Translations under genes and position numbers: made by a program
Notes under the pieces: generated by a model
The model's input: only the letters and a program-made list of their open reading frames with translations
The model's database searches: none
What the model was told of the DNA's origin: nothing
Assembly (NCBI GenBank): GCA_902595195.1
Contig: CACJPC010000003.1
Location: 19,827 to 83,826 of the forward strand
Direction: 5' to 3'
Length of the DNA: 64,000 nucleotides
Source of the DNA: an uncultured Candidatus Actinomarina sp.
GTDB taxonomy: Bacteria; Actinomycetota; Acidimicrobiia; Actinomarinales; Actinomarinaceae
Shown here: one piece after another, positions 48,157-58,905 of the stretch
Layout: the number at the start of each line of letters is the position of its first letter
Numbering within the stretch: position 1 is the first letter of the stretch

Positions 48157-48589
48157 TCCAAACCTTTTTTAGAATTGTATTTTCAATACTACTCAGCTTT
48201 TTTGGATCATCATGAGAATATCCAATTAAATGTAACAATCCATGAACAAGTACTAATTGATATTCTTCAATTAATGATTTTGTATACTTTTTTGAATGTT
48301 TTTTTATAAGTTTTCTATTCAAGAATAAATCGCCAAGAATTTCATTATTGTTTTTGTCTAATTTATTGATACTTGCCAAATCTTTATACAGAGGGATAGT
48401 CAATACATCTGTTGGATAATCTTTTTGAAAATAATGTTCATTCAGCTCTTTTGAGTATTGATCTGAAACCGAGTGAATATGTAGTAAAAAATTTTCAGAA
48501 ATTGAAAACTTATTCAAAAAAACTTTTCTTACATCTTCAAAAGCATTTTTTTCATTTTTAAAAAAATAACCGTTAAATTGAAATTTCAA
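48149..48589 (-). CDS. ybeY: rRNA maturation endoribonuclease YbeY
   Basis: HGLLHLIGYSHD zinc-binding motif. 146 aa. Confidence 0.9.
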   Translation of the reverse strand: MKFQFNGYFFKNEKNAFEDVRKVFLNKFSISENFLLHIHSVSDQYSKELNEHYFQKDYPTDVLTIPLYKDLASINKLDKNNNEILGDLFLNRKLIKKHSKKYTKSLIEEYQLVLVHGLLHLIGYSHDDPKKLSSIENTILKKVWNE

Positions 48590-48594
48590 TATTT

Positions 48595-50760
48595 TTATTC
48601 TTCTTCTGTTATTTCAGGATATAAAACTCTTTGGTGATAAAGACCCTCCAAGCTTTCTTGAAAAGAATTTTTAATTATATCTAATTCTTTAAAAGTAATT
48701 GGTGCATTATTTAATTGTCCATCTGTAATTTTTTCTTCAAATATTTCGTTGATAACATTTCTTATTTTTTCCTCATCAGCATCTTCATTCATAAAAATTG
48801 CTCTACAAGCTGCCTCCAAAGAATCAGCCATCATTAATATTGCAGACTCCTTAGATGTAGGTTTATTTCCTAAATGCCTAAATTCATCTTTTGAAACATT
48901 TTTGTTTACCATTTTTTCTTTTTCATAAAAGAATCTGATTACTGCATCTCCATGGTGCTCTAATATTCCTTTATATACAGTTTCAGGTATTTTAAATCTC
49001 TTGGCCAACTTTACTCCTTCTGTAACATGAGCTTTTAATATATTTGCAGATTCCATGGGTAAAAGTCCATCATGTGGGTTTGAAGATCCAATTTGATTTT
49101 CAACAAACATTGTTGGATTAGCTGTTTTTCCAAGATCATGGTAATAAGCCATTGCTCTAGCTAATTGACTATTTGCACCAATTTTATTAGCTGCTCTATC
49201 TGCAAGTGTTCCTACTACCAATGAGTGGTTGAAAGTACCTATAGCATTATCCTCTAGATAACGTAAAGCTGGATGATTTCTATCAGCCAATTCTGATAAT
49301 TTAAAGCTTGATGTTAACCTAAACATACTCTCTATGTAAGAAGTAAGTGAAAAAGCTGCAAGGTTTGCAACCAATGCACTTAAAAAAGAAAGAACCAAAA
49401 TTTGCGTTAGATTACTATCTTCTCTTAAAAAGAAATAAACTCCAAAAGCTAACAATGGTTGGGTCAAAGAAATATAGATAATTCTTTCTCTAAGTAGTGC
49501 CCTGTCTGTATCTTCTGATAAAAATACTGCTGGGATAATTGTACCTAATGCACCTAAAGCTACTAATCCAATGTTTCCACCACCGGCAAGCGCTAGGAGT
49601 GAACTAGACAAAGATAGAATTAAAGTAGCACGAAGATTTAAAAGTATAACTGAGATAACTCCTACAAAAGAAACAGGTAAAGCATACTGTATGAAATCTA
49701 AATCTGACAAGTTTGAATAATATGAAACCCCTCTTAGAAATATTGAAGATACAAGAATTAAAGTAAGCATCAAAAGTAATTCGTTATCATTTTTCCAAAT
49801 TGAATCTCTTAATCTCCATAAAAGAACATATAAAACAAGAAATACAGAGAAGATTATTGGAATAGCAGAAGTTTGGACTGTTCTTGATTCACCAGAAAGA
49901 TAACCAAATTCATCAAGGGCTTTATATATAACCACATCTATGACTTCTCCTTCATTTACAATAATTTCATCTTTAAAAAACTGAATAGTAACCTCTTCAA
50001 CCGCATTAGAAGCTTTGTTTTTTTGTTCATTCCAGAGTTCTTCTTCAAGTTTTTGATTAGCTATAAGGTTTTCTGCAATAATTTCACCGACCATTGATCT
50101 TACTCTCGCTTCAGGAACTAAGACATATAATTCACTTGGTAAATTCAAATTAGGAGGTGTTTGTACAATCGTTTGCCTAATTTGATTTAGATTTTCATTA
50201 TTTATACCATTTGATAAAAATTTGTCAGCTTGACTTTTTGATTCAAATTCAATTTGAGTCAAAAAATTAGAGGAATTTAAATTATCTAGGTTTGAAATTT
50301 CAATCAAGACTTCAATAGCAGATGTTGAAATTGTTGAAAATAATAATGAGGACTGTACTTTCTCAATTTGCTCAACTTTACTCAATTCTACTATTTCCAC
50401 TATAGATTGAGGATTTTCTGGATTACTTTCATTGTCAGTAACAAGTACCTCTTCTGTTTTGGCTTTTATGACTGTAAGAAACATTTCAGTAATTCCATCA
50501 ATTACCGAGACATTTATTTTGCTATCAATGGAATAAACGGGGGCAACATTATTTCTTGCATCTTCTTTTAACTCTTCAGTTTTTTGCTCATCTACAACAG
50601 TTAGAAACCTTGGAGCAGAAAAAGCTGCTGGTGATGCATCTCCTACTTCAATCTTTATTACTTGGTTTTCAGGAAAAATTGAAAAAGAAATAAACCATAC
50701 AGCCGCAGAAAATAAAACAATATAAAATATCTTTCTAAAGTGAGTGATGTAGATATTCAT
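48595..50760 (-). CDS. 7TM-receptor-with-HD-domain protein (PgpH-like phosphohydrolase)
   Basis: 721 aa: N-terminal signal anchor, ~280-aa external domain, 7 TM segments, and a C-terminal HD domain (HSLVVG, YHDLGK, LEHHGD). Position between phoH and ybeY matches the PgpH/YqfF context. Confidence 0.8.
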   Translation of the reverse strand: MNIYITHFRKIFYIVLFSAAVWFISFSIFPENQVIKIEVGDASPAAFSAPRFLTVVDEQKTEELKEDARNNVAPVYSIDSKINVSVIDGITEMFLTVIKAKTEEVLVTDNESNPENPQSIVEIVELSKVEQIEKVQSSLLFSTISTSAIEVLIEISNLDNLNSSNFLTQIEFESKSQADKFLSNGINNENLNQIRQTIVQTPPNLNLPSELYVLVPEARVRSMVGEIIAENLIANQKLEEELWNEQKNKASNAVEEVTIQFFKDEIIVNEGEVIDVVIYKALDEFGYLSGESRTVQTSAIPIIFSVFLVLYVLLWRLRDSIWKNDNELLLMLTLILVSSIFLRGVSYYSNLSDLDFIQYALPVSFVGVISVILLNLRATLILSLSSSLLALAGGGNIGLVALGALGTIIPAVFLSEDTDRALLRERIIYISLTQPLLAFGVYFFLREDSNLTQILVLSFLSALVANLAAFSLTSYIESMFRLTSSFKLSELADRNHPALRYLEDNAIGTFNHSLVVGTLADRAANKIGANSQLARAMAYYHDLGKTANPTMFVENQIGSSNPHDGLLPMESANILKAHVTEGVKLAKRFKIPETVYKGILEHHGDAVIRFFYEKEKMVNKNVSKDEFRHLGNKPTSKESAILMMADSLEAACRAIFMNEDADEEKIRNVINEIFEEKITDGQLNNAPITFKELDIIKNSFQESLEGLYHQRVLYPEITEEE

Positions 50761-51692
50761 TATTTATCAGGAAATACTTCCAAAATTTTTGATACTATTT
50801 TATTTCTTACGATATCAGAATTTTTAAATTCTACTACTGATATTTCTTCTATGTTTGATAAAGATTTTCTAGTTTTTTTCAAGCCTGAAAAGTCTCTATT
50901 ATTAAGATCAATTTGGGTTTCATCACCAGTAATTATCATTTTTGAGTCTTCACCTAATCTTGTTAAAAACATTTTAATTTGGCTTACGGTAGCATTTTGT
51001 GCTTCATCTAAAATTATGCATGCATTGTTTAGTGTTCTACCTCTCATATAAGCCAAAGGAACAATTTCAATATTTCTCTTTTCAATTAAATATTGTAAAG
51101 TTTCATTGCCGAAAAAATACTCTAATGAATCAAATAGAGGAACTAAATAAGGATCAATTTTCTGAGACAAATCTCCTGGAAGATATCCCAGCCTTTCGCC
51201 TGCTTCTACTGCTGGTCTAGTAAGAACTATTTTTTTAATTTTTTCATCAGTATACATTTTGACAGCACTTGCAACTGCTAAAAAAGTTTTCCCAGTACCA
51301 GCTGGACCAATTCCAAAAGTTATAGTTGAATTCTCGATTGTTTCAATATATTTAAATTGTGTTACATTCTTAACCTTAATTGCTTTTGATCCAATGATTG
51401 ATATATTCTTTGATGAAGAAATGTTACTTATATTTTTTGATTCAATATTTGACATTAACTTTAAATCTTCAATCTCAATAATCTCACCTCGTTCAGCCAT
51501 TAATAACATTTCATCAAGAATTTTCATGATATCTGTTGTTTGGCCATTGTCTCCTGATATATAAACAACATTACCTTTGACATTAATTTTTATTTTTTTA
51601 AACTTATCTTTTAAATATTTTAAGTTTTGGTCATTAACGCCAAAAATGTTTACAAGCTCTTTGTCTACTGGAATAATTTTTTCAATACTCAT
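50760..51692 (-). CDS. phoH: PhoH-family ATPase
   Basis: Walker A GPAGTGKTFLAVA, LTRPAVEAGE..LGYLPGD, and ILDEAQN Walker B. Confidence 0.9.
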   Translation of the reverse strand: MSIEKIIPVDKELVNIFGVNDQNLKYLKDKFKKIKINVKGNVVYISGDNGQTTDIMKILDEMLLMAERGEIIEIEDLKLMSNIESKNISNISSSKNISIIGSKAIKVKNVTQFKYIETIENSTITFGIGPAGTGKTFLAVASAVKMYTDEKIKKIVLTRPAVEAGERLGYLPGDLSQKIDPYLVPLFDSLEYFFGNETLQYLIEKRNIEIVPLAYMRGRTLNNACIILDEAQNATVSQIKMFLTRLGEDSKMIITGDETQIDLNNRDFSGLKKTRKSLSNIEEISVVEFKNSDIVRNKIVSKILEVFPDK

Positions 51693-52033
51693 TAAATGTT
51701 TTTAAGTTTTTCTCCACCAATCAAATGAAGGTGTATATGGAATACTGTCTGCATTGCATCTGAATTAGTGTTGAATAATAACCTATATCCAGATTGATTA
51801 ATATTATGTTTTTTTGCTAAGTCTTTTGCTACCAATATCATTTTTCCAAGTAAATTTTGATCTTCTAAAGAAGTATCATTTATCGTCTCAATCTTTCTCT
51901 TTGGAATTATTAATATGTGAACTTTTGCAACAGGATTAATATCATTAATGGCAAATATCTCGTCATCTTCATAAATAATCTCTGAATCGAGTTCTCCAGA
52001 TAATATCAATTCAAATACTGATTTTTGTTCCAT
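51692..52033 (-). CDS. HIT (histidine triad) family nucleotide hydrolase
   Basis: HIHLHLIGG histidine triad. 113 aa. Confidence 0.9.
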   Translation of the reverse strand: MEQKSVFELILSGELDSEIIYEDDEIFAINDINPVAKVHILIIPKRKIETINDTSLEDQNLLGKMILVAKDLAKKHNINQSGYRLLFNTNSDAMQTVFHIHLHLIGGEKLKNI

Positions 52034-52038
52034 ATGTA

Positions 52039-52671
52039 TTACATCATTAATGATACTGCAGTTATTGCAGCAGTTTCAGTTCTCAGACTAAATTCTGATA
52101 TCTTTATCTTGTGTTGAAATTTTGATAATTCTTCATCTGTCCAACCACCTTCAGGGCCAATTGCAAAGTTATTTGGTTTTTTGGTCTTTTTATCAAAGCT
52201 TTCTCCGCTGATATCAAAACATGCAGTAAAAACAGAAAAATTTATATTTTCAGGAAAAAATAGTTCAGGTAAATATGCTGAGCCTGACTGTTCTAAAGCA
52301 GAAATTACCCACTCTTGTATCTTAGATTTGCTGTAATTTGTATTTTGAGTATTTTTAGTAATACCAATATAAATCTCATTAACATTTAATTCCGTCAATT
52401 TTTCAATTAAAAATCTAAATCTATTTTTCTCTCTTAAATAAGGTACAAATATTTTTAAACTATTTTGTCGTTGATACATTCTTGAATTATTTATTTCTAC
52501 ACAATTATTAATAAAATTTCCATAAGAGATAAGTCCTTTTCCATCGGATACATTTACTTTATCTCCATCTCTAAGTCTTAATACTTGATTTAAATGATGT
52601 AATTTTTTATCAGAAACTTCAACACTCATATTGTCGTTTGAATTTTCAACGTAAATAGTAGGAACAAACAT
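52039..52671 (-). CDS. rsmE: 16S rRNA (uracil1498-N3)-methyltransferase
   Basis: N-terminal PUA-like region with HHLNQVLRLRDGDKV, C-terminal SPOUT motif IGPEGGWTDEE and LRTETAA. Confidence 0.8.
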   Translation of the reverse strand: MFVPTIYVENSNDNMSVEVSDKKLHHLNQVLRLRDGDKVNVSDGKGLISYGNFINNCVEINNSRMYQRQNSLKIFVPYLREKNRFRFLIEKLTELNVNEIYIGITKNTQNTNYSKSKIQEWVISALEQSGSAYLPELFFPENINFSVFTACFDISGESFDKKTKKPNNFAIGPEGGWTDEELSKFQHKIKISEFSLRTETAAITAVSLMM

Positions 52672-54449
52672 TATTGTTTCAAAAAATCTCTAAAAGCTTC
52701 TTTTGGTACATTGACTTTGCCAATTTGTCTCATTTTTTTCTTTCCCTCTTTTTGTTTTTCAAGAAGCTTTCTCTTTCTTGTTACGTCACCACCGTATAAT
52801 TTAGCTGTAACATCCTTTCTTAAAGCTTTAATTGTTTCTCTTGCAATTATTCTAGATCCGACAGCTGCCTGGATAGGAATATCAAATTGTTGACGAGGAA
52901 TTAGTTCGGATAATTTTTTAACCCTATTTCTACCTACAAATTCTGCATTTTCTTTGGCAAGAATAGAACTAAATGAATCAATTATTTGTCCGTTAACCAA
53001 TATATCAAGCTTGACTAAATTCCCTTTTTCAAAATCTAAAATTTCATAGTCTAATGATGCAAACCCTTGTGAAATAGATTTTAAAGTATCATAAAATCCA
53101 CTAACAAGTTCGAGTAGCGGAAGTTTGTATCTAACCTTGACCATTGATGTACTCAAATAATTTAAATCTTCCTGAGTGCCCCGTTTTTCACTTAGTAATT
53201 GCATAATTGAACCTAAGTACTCTTTTGGAAACAGTAGATTAACCTCACAGTATTTTTCCATTAAATGCTTGATGTCAGTATATTTTTCAATTTCACTTGG
53301 ATTACGAATTATTATCTCCGTATCGTTATTTCTGACAATTTTAAATTCAACAGAAGGAGGAGTAACAATTAATGATAGGTCAAATTCTCTCTCAAGTCTT
53401 TCAATTACAATTTCCAAATGTAATAAACCTAAAAATCCACATCTAAATCCAAAACCAAAAGCCGATGATGTTTCAGGTTCATAATAAAAACTTGCGTCAT
53501 TTAATACGTATTTGTCTAATGAATCTCTAAGTTTCGTATAGTCATCTGAGTCTGAAGGAAACACACTTGAAAAAACAGTTGGTTGTGGTTCCTTGTAACC
53601 AGATACTATTACTGGACTTTCATCTTCGTCAGAAACTAAAGTGTCACCAACTCTTATCTGAGATAACTCTTTTGCTCCTGTAATGATATATCCCACTTCT
53701 CCCGTTTTTAAATTATTTGATGGTACAAAATCTAAATCAAAATAACCCATCTCAGACGGCTCAAAAGAATAATTCGAATTTACAAGTTTAAGTTTTTGAT
53801 TTGACTTAATTTCATCACCAAAAACACGCACAGACGCAACAACGCCCCTATAAGAATCAAAAAAAGAATCAAAAATTAATGCATTAACTCCATCTATTTT
53901 CTTTTCTGGAGGGCTAATTAAATGCGGAAGTTCAAACAACAAACCTTCCACCCCTTTTCCAGTTTTTGCAGAAATTTCGAATATCTCATTTTCTTTAGAT
54001 CCAATTAAATTAAAAATTTGTTTTTTTGCATTTTCTATATCAGCATCAATAGAGTCAATTTTGTTTAAAACAGGAATGATTTCTAGACCTGCTTCAATTG
54101 CAGCATATGAGTGTGCAAAAGTTTGGGCTTGGATTCCCTGAGTTGCATCAACCAATAGAATAGCTCCATCACAGGCAATTAGTGCTCTAGAGACTTCATA
54201 AGAAAAATCTACGTGACCCGGTGTATCAATAAGATTTAAAGTCAAATCTTCAAATTGCAATCTTATTGGTTGAGACTTTATTGTTATCCCTTTTTCTCTC
54301 TCTAAATCCATGCTGTCAAGTATTTGATCTACATGTTCGCCTGGTTTAATTAATCCAGACATTTCAATTAAGCGATCTGCTAATGTTGATTTACCATGGT
54401 CTACATGAGCAATTATCGAAATATTTCTTAGATTTTTATTATGTAACAT
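52671..54449 (-). CDS. lepA: translation elongation factor 4
   Basis: G-domain motifs AHVDHGKST, DTPGHVDF and NKID, plus the LepA-specific C-terminal region (..LYGGDVTRKRKLLEKQKEGKKKM). Confidence 0.97.
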   Translation of the reverse strand: MLHNKNLRNISIIAHVDHGKSTLADRLIEMSGLIKPGEHVDQILDSMDLEREKGITIKSQPIRLQFEDLTLNLIDTPGHVDFSYEVSRALIACDGAILLVDATQGIQAQTFAHSYAAIEAGLEIIPVLNKIDSIDADIENAKKQIFNLIGSKENEIFEISAKTGKGVEGLLFELPHLISPPEKKIDGVNALIFDSFFDSYRGVVASVRVFGDEIKSNQKLKLVNSNYSFEPSEMGYFDLDFVPSNNLKTGEVGYIITGAKELSQIRVGDTLVSDEDESPVIVSGYKEPQPTVFSSVFPSDSDDYTKLRDSLDKYVLNDASFYYEPETSSAFGFGFRCGFLGLLHLEIVIERLEREFDLSLIVTPPSVEFKIVRNNDTEIIIRNPSEIEKYTDIKHLMEKYCEVNLLFPKEYLGSIMQLLSEKRGTQEDLNYLSTSMVKVRYKLPLLELVSGFYDTLKSISQGFASLDYEILDFEKGNLVKLDILVNGQIIDSFSSILAKENAEFVGRNRVKKLSELIPRQQFDIPIQAAVGSRIIARETIKALRKDVTAKLYGGDVTRKRKLLEKQKEGKKKMRQIGKVNVPKEAFRDFLKQ

Positions 54450-54488
54450 ATTTACTAAGTTAATATCTTATATACCGAAAGGTTTTAC

Positions 54489-54719
54489 ATGGCAAATATT
54501 AATTCACAAAAAAAGAGAATTCGACAAGATTCGAAAAGAAATGTTCGCAATAAATCACTTAAAAGTGAGTTAAAAACTACATTAAAATCAATCGAAAATG
54601 GTGATGTTTCTTCAGAAGCTAAGAATCAAGCTTTGAAATCACTAGATATAGCGTTCTCTAAAGGCGTAATTTCTAAAAATTACAGAGATAGAAATAAATC
54701 TAGAATCTCAAGTCTGTAG
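54489..54719 (+). CDS. rpsT: 30S ribosomal protein S20
   Basis: MANINSQKKRIRQDSKRNVRNKS.. basic N-terminus, 76 aa, GAAAGG located 8 nt upstream. Divergent from lepA as in many bacteria. Confidence 0.9.
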   Translation: MANINSQKKRIRQDSKRNVRNKSLKSELKTTLKSIENGDVSSEAKNQALKSLDIAFSKGVISKNYRDRNKSRISSL

Positions 54720-55370
54720 TTTTTGTTTCATAGCAATTATAAATCTTTTAGAATTTTCTTGATTATAAGTTGATTCAACCAATTTTTTTTCAATTTTATA
54801 AATATATTTAATTGAATCGTCAATGTTATCAGAACTAGTTTTCTTGAGAATGGTTTGAGCTTTTTTATATTTATAATCTTCTTTCTCTTTTAAAACTTCT
54901 AAAACATCTTTTTTATCGGTTGATGTAAGAAGTTTTAATCTGAAAATCTCTTTAGAGAAAAAGTTTAAAAACATTCTAAAATTTGACTCTGTCTCTGTGA
55001 AAAACGAAAGTAGATTATTATCTATTTTTTTCCTATTATCAAAAATTGTATTAGAAAGATCCCAAGGAAAAAATTCAACAACATTTTTTGAATTATGAAT
55101 GATTTGTAATGATTTAATATCTTGGAATTTACTTAAATTAGATTTTTTAACTTGAAATATATATTTTGAATTAAAGTCATAATTTATTTTTTCTAAGTTT
55201 TTAAATGTAAAAAATTCATCAGTTACAAATTTATACAAATCATCTGAAAATAAACTCACATTGGTATTAGAACTGAATTCGTTTGATTTTATTTTTTCAT
55301 ATTTTAATTCATCAATTTCTAGATTATCTAAATTTTCTATTAAATTATCTGTAACTACTATATACGTCAT
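54708..55370 (-). CDS. hypothetical protein; by position possibly a shortened DNA polymerase III delta subunit (holA-like)
   Basis: It occupies the conserved holA slot convergent with rpsT. 220 aa versus ~320 usual. Only vague similarity to helical C-terminal delta-subunit patterns. Confidence 0.35.
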   Translation of the reverse strand: MTYIVVTDNLIENLDNLEIDELKYEKIKSNEFSSNTNVSLFSDDLYKFVTDEFFTFKNLEKINYDFNSKYIFQVKKSNLSKFQDIKSLQIIHNSKNVVEFFPWDLSNTIFDNRKKIDNNLLSFFTETESNFRMFLNFFSKEIFRLKLLTSTDKKDVLEVLKEKEDYKYKKAQTILKKTSSDNIDDSIKYIYKIEKKLVESTYNQENSKRFIIAMKQKLQT

Positions 55371-57793
55371 CAGCCAATAAAATTTATGATCTTATCTTCA
55401 ACAAAAATTACCTTTTTAAAATCTGAAACATTTAAATTAAATTCAGACTTACATATTTCTTCAGCATTTTCTTGTGATGTTCCAGTGTTTATAACTTTTG
55501 TAAATTTTTTCTTTCCATTTATTTGTACAACTAGCTCATATGTAGGGTTGGTTAAGTTTGATTCTTCATAAGTTGGCCAATCTAAAGTAGAGATATCTTT
55601 ATTCATATATAGATCATATATTTCCGAAGATATGTGAGGAGAAAATGGATACAAAAGATTACACATTGAACTAAAAACAAGTTCTTTGGTCTCCTTGGAG
55701 ACGGTTGTGTTTTTGTTTAAATAAGAAGAAATTTCGTTATTTGCCTTCATCAAATCTGAAACACCTGTGTTGAATTCAAATTTTTCAAGATGTCTAGTTA
55801 CGCTAAATATAGTTTGATTCATTGACCTTACTAGACTGTCTTCATCATTAGTTTTGTTGTTTTCTAAATTTGAAAATTTTGTCATATTGTCCCAAAATTT
55901 ATTTAAGAATCGTTTAGTTCCTTCTATTCCCCCATCATTCCACTCTACTCCATCACTTGGCGGTGCCATAAATAGGATATACAACCTTAATGCATCAGCA
56001 CCATGTGTAGTAAAATAAGCTTCGGGATCAACAACATTTCCTTTAGACTTTGACATTTTAGAACCTCCAAAATTAATCATTCCTTGACTAAATAAATTAT
56101 GAAAGGGTTCATCCACATTAAGTAAATTTATATCTCTCAATGCTTTAACAAAAAATCTTGAATATAAAAGGTGCAAAATTGCATGCTCTACTCCTCCAAT
56201 ATATTGATCGATTGGTAACCATGAATTTATAATCTTTTGATCAAATGGAGATTTTTCATTTTGGGAGTCTAGATATCTTAAAAAATACCATGAAGAATCA
56301 ACAAAAGTATCCATGGTGTCAGTTTCTCTCTTACCTTCAGAACCACAATTAGGACATTCAGTAGTAACAAAATCCTCACTTTTTGCCAAAGGTGAATCCT
56401 CTGAATTTTTATAATCATCAATTTCAGGTAATAAGACTGGTAAGTTTTGTATACTTTCGGGAACTAGTCCGCATTTAGAACAATTTATTAAAGGAATTGG
56501 ACATCCCCAGTATCTTTGACGACTTATTAGCCAATCCCTTAATCTATAAGTTACTTTTTTTTCTCCAAGATTATGGTCAGATAAATATTTGAGTATTGAT
56601 TCTGAACCATCAGTATGAGATTTCAATCCATCATAGTCACCAGAATTAATCAAGACTCCATTTTCAATATATGGTTTTTCCTTAATGTCAATGCTGTGAT
56701 CTTTATCAATTATGACTTGAACAATTTCAAGATTATATTTTTTAGCAAACTCATAGTCTCTTTCATCATGACCTGGTACTGCCATAATTGCACCTGTTCC
56801 ATAATTAATTAATACATAATCTGCAACCCATAAAGGTACCTTCTTGTTATTTATAGGGTTTAATACCTTTAATCCAGTATCAACCCCAGTTTTTTCTTTT
56901 GTAATGGACATTCTCTCAAATTCAGACTTTGATTTAGCCTTATCTATATACTTTTTAATTTCTTTAGAATTTGATGATATTGACAAAATTTCATTCATTA
57001 AATCATGCTCAGGTGATATAACTGCAAAAGTCATTCCAAACAATGTATCTGGTCTAGTTGTAAACACATCAAAATCAAGTTCGGTTTCATCAATTTTTAA
57101 ATTAAACTGAACCCCGGAAGATTTACCAATCCAGTTTTCCTGCATTGATTTAACATTTTCAGGCCAATCACCAATTTCATCAAGCCCGTTTAACAATTCT
57201 TCTGAATAGTTTGATATTTTAAGAAACCATTGGTTAAGGTTTTTCTTTATAACCTCCGAATCACATCTTTCACAGTCGCCTTCAATAACTTGCTCGTTTG
57301 CTAATACTGTGTTGCATGATGTGCACCAATTTACAGGAGCGTCCTCTTTATATGCCAAATCATTATTAAATAATTGTATAAAAAGATATTGAGTCCATTT
57401 ATAATAATTTTTATCATGGGCCGCAACTTCTTTGTCCCAATCGTAAAGAGACCCTAATCGTTGTATTTGATCTCTCATGTTATTTATTCTGTCTTCAGTA
57501 AACTTTTTTGGATGAATTCCTGTTTTAATAGCTGCATTTTCAGCTGGCAGACCAAATGAATCCCAGCCCATTGGAGACAATACATTGAATCCCTGTTTTT
57601 GTTTATATCGAGTAATTACATCTCCAATTGTATAATTCCTAATGTGTCCCATATGTAAATCTCCCGATGGATATGGGTACATGCATAAATTATAAAAATT
57701 ATTTTTTTCTAGTGAGACATCACAATTAGCGAGTTTGATATCTCTCCAATGTTCTTGCCATTTTTTTTCAATTTCACTGTGACTATAATCCAT
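55370..57793 (-). CDS. leuS: leucine--tRNA ligase
   Basis: HIGH motif (HMGHIRNY), KMSKS motif ([10 protein letters not shown]), and CP1/zinc regions. Start placed at the ATG at 57793 ([16 protein letters not shown], matching LeuRS N-termini) rather than the TTG at 57802. Confidence 0.97.
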   Translation of the reverse strand: MDYSHSEIEKKWQEHWRDIKLANCDVSLEKNNFYNLCMYPYPSGDLHMGHIRNYTIGDVITRYKQKQGFNVLSPMGWDSFGLPAENAAIKTGIHPKKFTEDRINNMRDQIQRLGSLYDWDKEVAAHDKNYYKWTQYLFIQLFNNDLAYKEDAPVNWCTSCNTVLANEQVIEGDCERCDSEVIKKNLNQWFLKISNYSEELLNGLDEIGDWPENVKSMQENWIGKSSGVQFNLKIDETELDFDVFTTRPDTLFGMTFAVISPEHDLMNEILSISSNSKEIKKYIDKAKSKSEFERMSITKEKTGVDTGLKVLNPINNKKVPLWVADYVLINYGTGAIMAVPGHDERDYEFAKKYNLEIVQVIIDKDHSIDIKEKPYIENGVLINSGDYDGLKSHTDGSESILKYLSDHNLGEKKVTYRLRDWLISRQRYWGCPIPLINCSKCGLVPESIQNLPVLLPEIDDYKNSEDSPLAKSEDFVTTECPNCGSEGKRETDTMDTFVDSSWYFLRYLDSQNEKSPFDQKIINSWLPIDQYIGGVEHAILHLLYSRFFVKALRDINLLNVDEPFHNLFSQGMINFGGSKMSKSKGNVVDPEAYFTTHGADALRLYILFMAPPSDGVEWNDGGIEGTKRFLNKFWDNMTKFSNLENNKTNDEDSLVRSMNQTIFSVTRHLEKFEFNTGVSDLMKANNEISSYLNKNTTVSKETKELVFSSMCNLLYPFSPHISSEIYDLYMNKDISTLDWPTYEESNLTNPTYELVVQINGKKKFTKVINTGTSQENAEEICKSEFNLNVSDFKKVIFVEDKIINFIG

Positions 57794-57798
57794 GATTA

Positions 57799-58905
57799 TC
57801 AATTATAAGCTTTGTCTATACTCAAATACATTTGCATTATACTGTAGGATTTTTCAATTTTCTCAAGTGCAGATTTAACCATTTTATCTTTTTCTAGTGA
57901 ATTCAACTTTAATGCTTTTTCAATTATCTCCATTAATTCATTATTATCTTTAAACAAGAATCCATTTTCTCCATTATTAATTATTGAATTCATTGGAGTA
58001 ACATCTCTTGTTATGCACAAAACGCCATGGGACATGGCTTCCAACAAAACTAGCCCCAGACCTTCAGAGTAAGAAGGAAATATAAAAACATCAATTGAAT
58101 TAAAGAAACTGTACCTATCTTCTACGTAGTCTAGAAATTGAATATATTTATTACTAATTCTTTTATTTATACTTTTTATGTAATTTTCTGAACCTACTCC
58201 ACCAATTAAAAGATTGGGTTGTAATTTGTTAAAATTTTCTTTTTTGAGAAGTGTTGCATATACATCAATTAAGTCTTCGATTCCTTTATTTTTATTTAAT
58301 TTTCCTAAGTACCCTAAGGTATTGGTTTTGGAGTTAACGTGATGAGTCATTTGTGGAACTTCAATTCCATATGGAATTACTATTGGATTAATTGATGGAT
58401 TGAGGTGTTTTAGCCAATCCTTTATACTTTCAGAAATAACGATAACATTAGCTGCTGTTTTCCATATTTTTGACTGCTGTTTAACAAACATTTTTCTTAG
58501 TAAATCTATTAAATAATTTCCTTGGAGATATGTCCCATATTTTCCATGAATAGTAACAATTCTTTTAAAGGATTTTGATAAAGACAAACTACACAAATAC
58601 ACTAATAAGTCACTTCTCGGAGAGTGTGTGTGAACAATATCAAAATCATAATTTTTAAAATAATTTATTCCTTTAATAATTGACAATGGATTGATACCTT
58701 GAAGTTTTTTTGGACCTTTAAATCTCATTATCTTGACATTTAAAGAGACAAAATCATCTTCTAACGATGTAAAATTTGATTGATCTTTACCTAGTAGTAA
58801 TAAGGATACATCATTGCCTTTTTCGATTTGCAATTTTACCAAAGTATAAAGGTGTGATTCGGCTCCCCCTCTAGATAAATCGTTTATTACATGGCATATT
58901 TTCAT
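57799..58905 (-). CDS. glycosyltransferase family 4
   Basis: [15 protein letters not shown]-domain and the [22 protein letters not shown]-x7-E motif. Confidence 0.8.
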   Translation of the reverse strand: MKICHVINDLSRGGAESHLYTLVKLQIEKGNDVSLLLLGKDQSNFTSLEDDFVSLNVKIMRFKGPKKLQGINPLSIIKGINYFKNYDFDIVHTHSPRSDLLVYLCSLSLSKSFKRIVTIHGKYGTYLQGNYLIDLLRKMFVKQQSKIWKTAANVIVISESIKDWLKHLNPSINPIVIPYGIEVPQMTHHVNSKTNTLGYLGKLNKNKGIEDLIDVYATLLKKENFNKLQPNLLIGGVGSENYIKSINKRISNKYIQFLDYVEDRYSFFNSIDVFIFPSYSEGLGLVLLEAMSHGVLCITRDVTPMNSIINNGENGFLFKDNNELMEIIEKALKLNSLEKDKMVKSALEKIEKSYSIMQMYLSIDKAYN

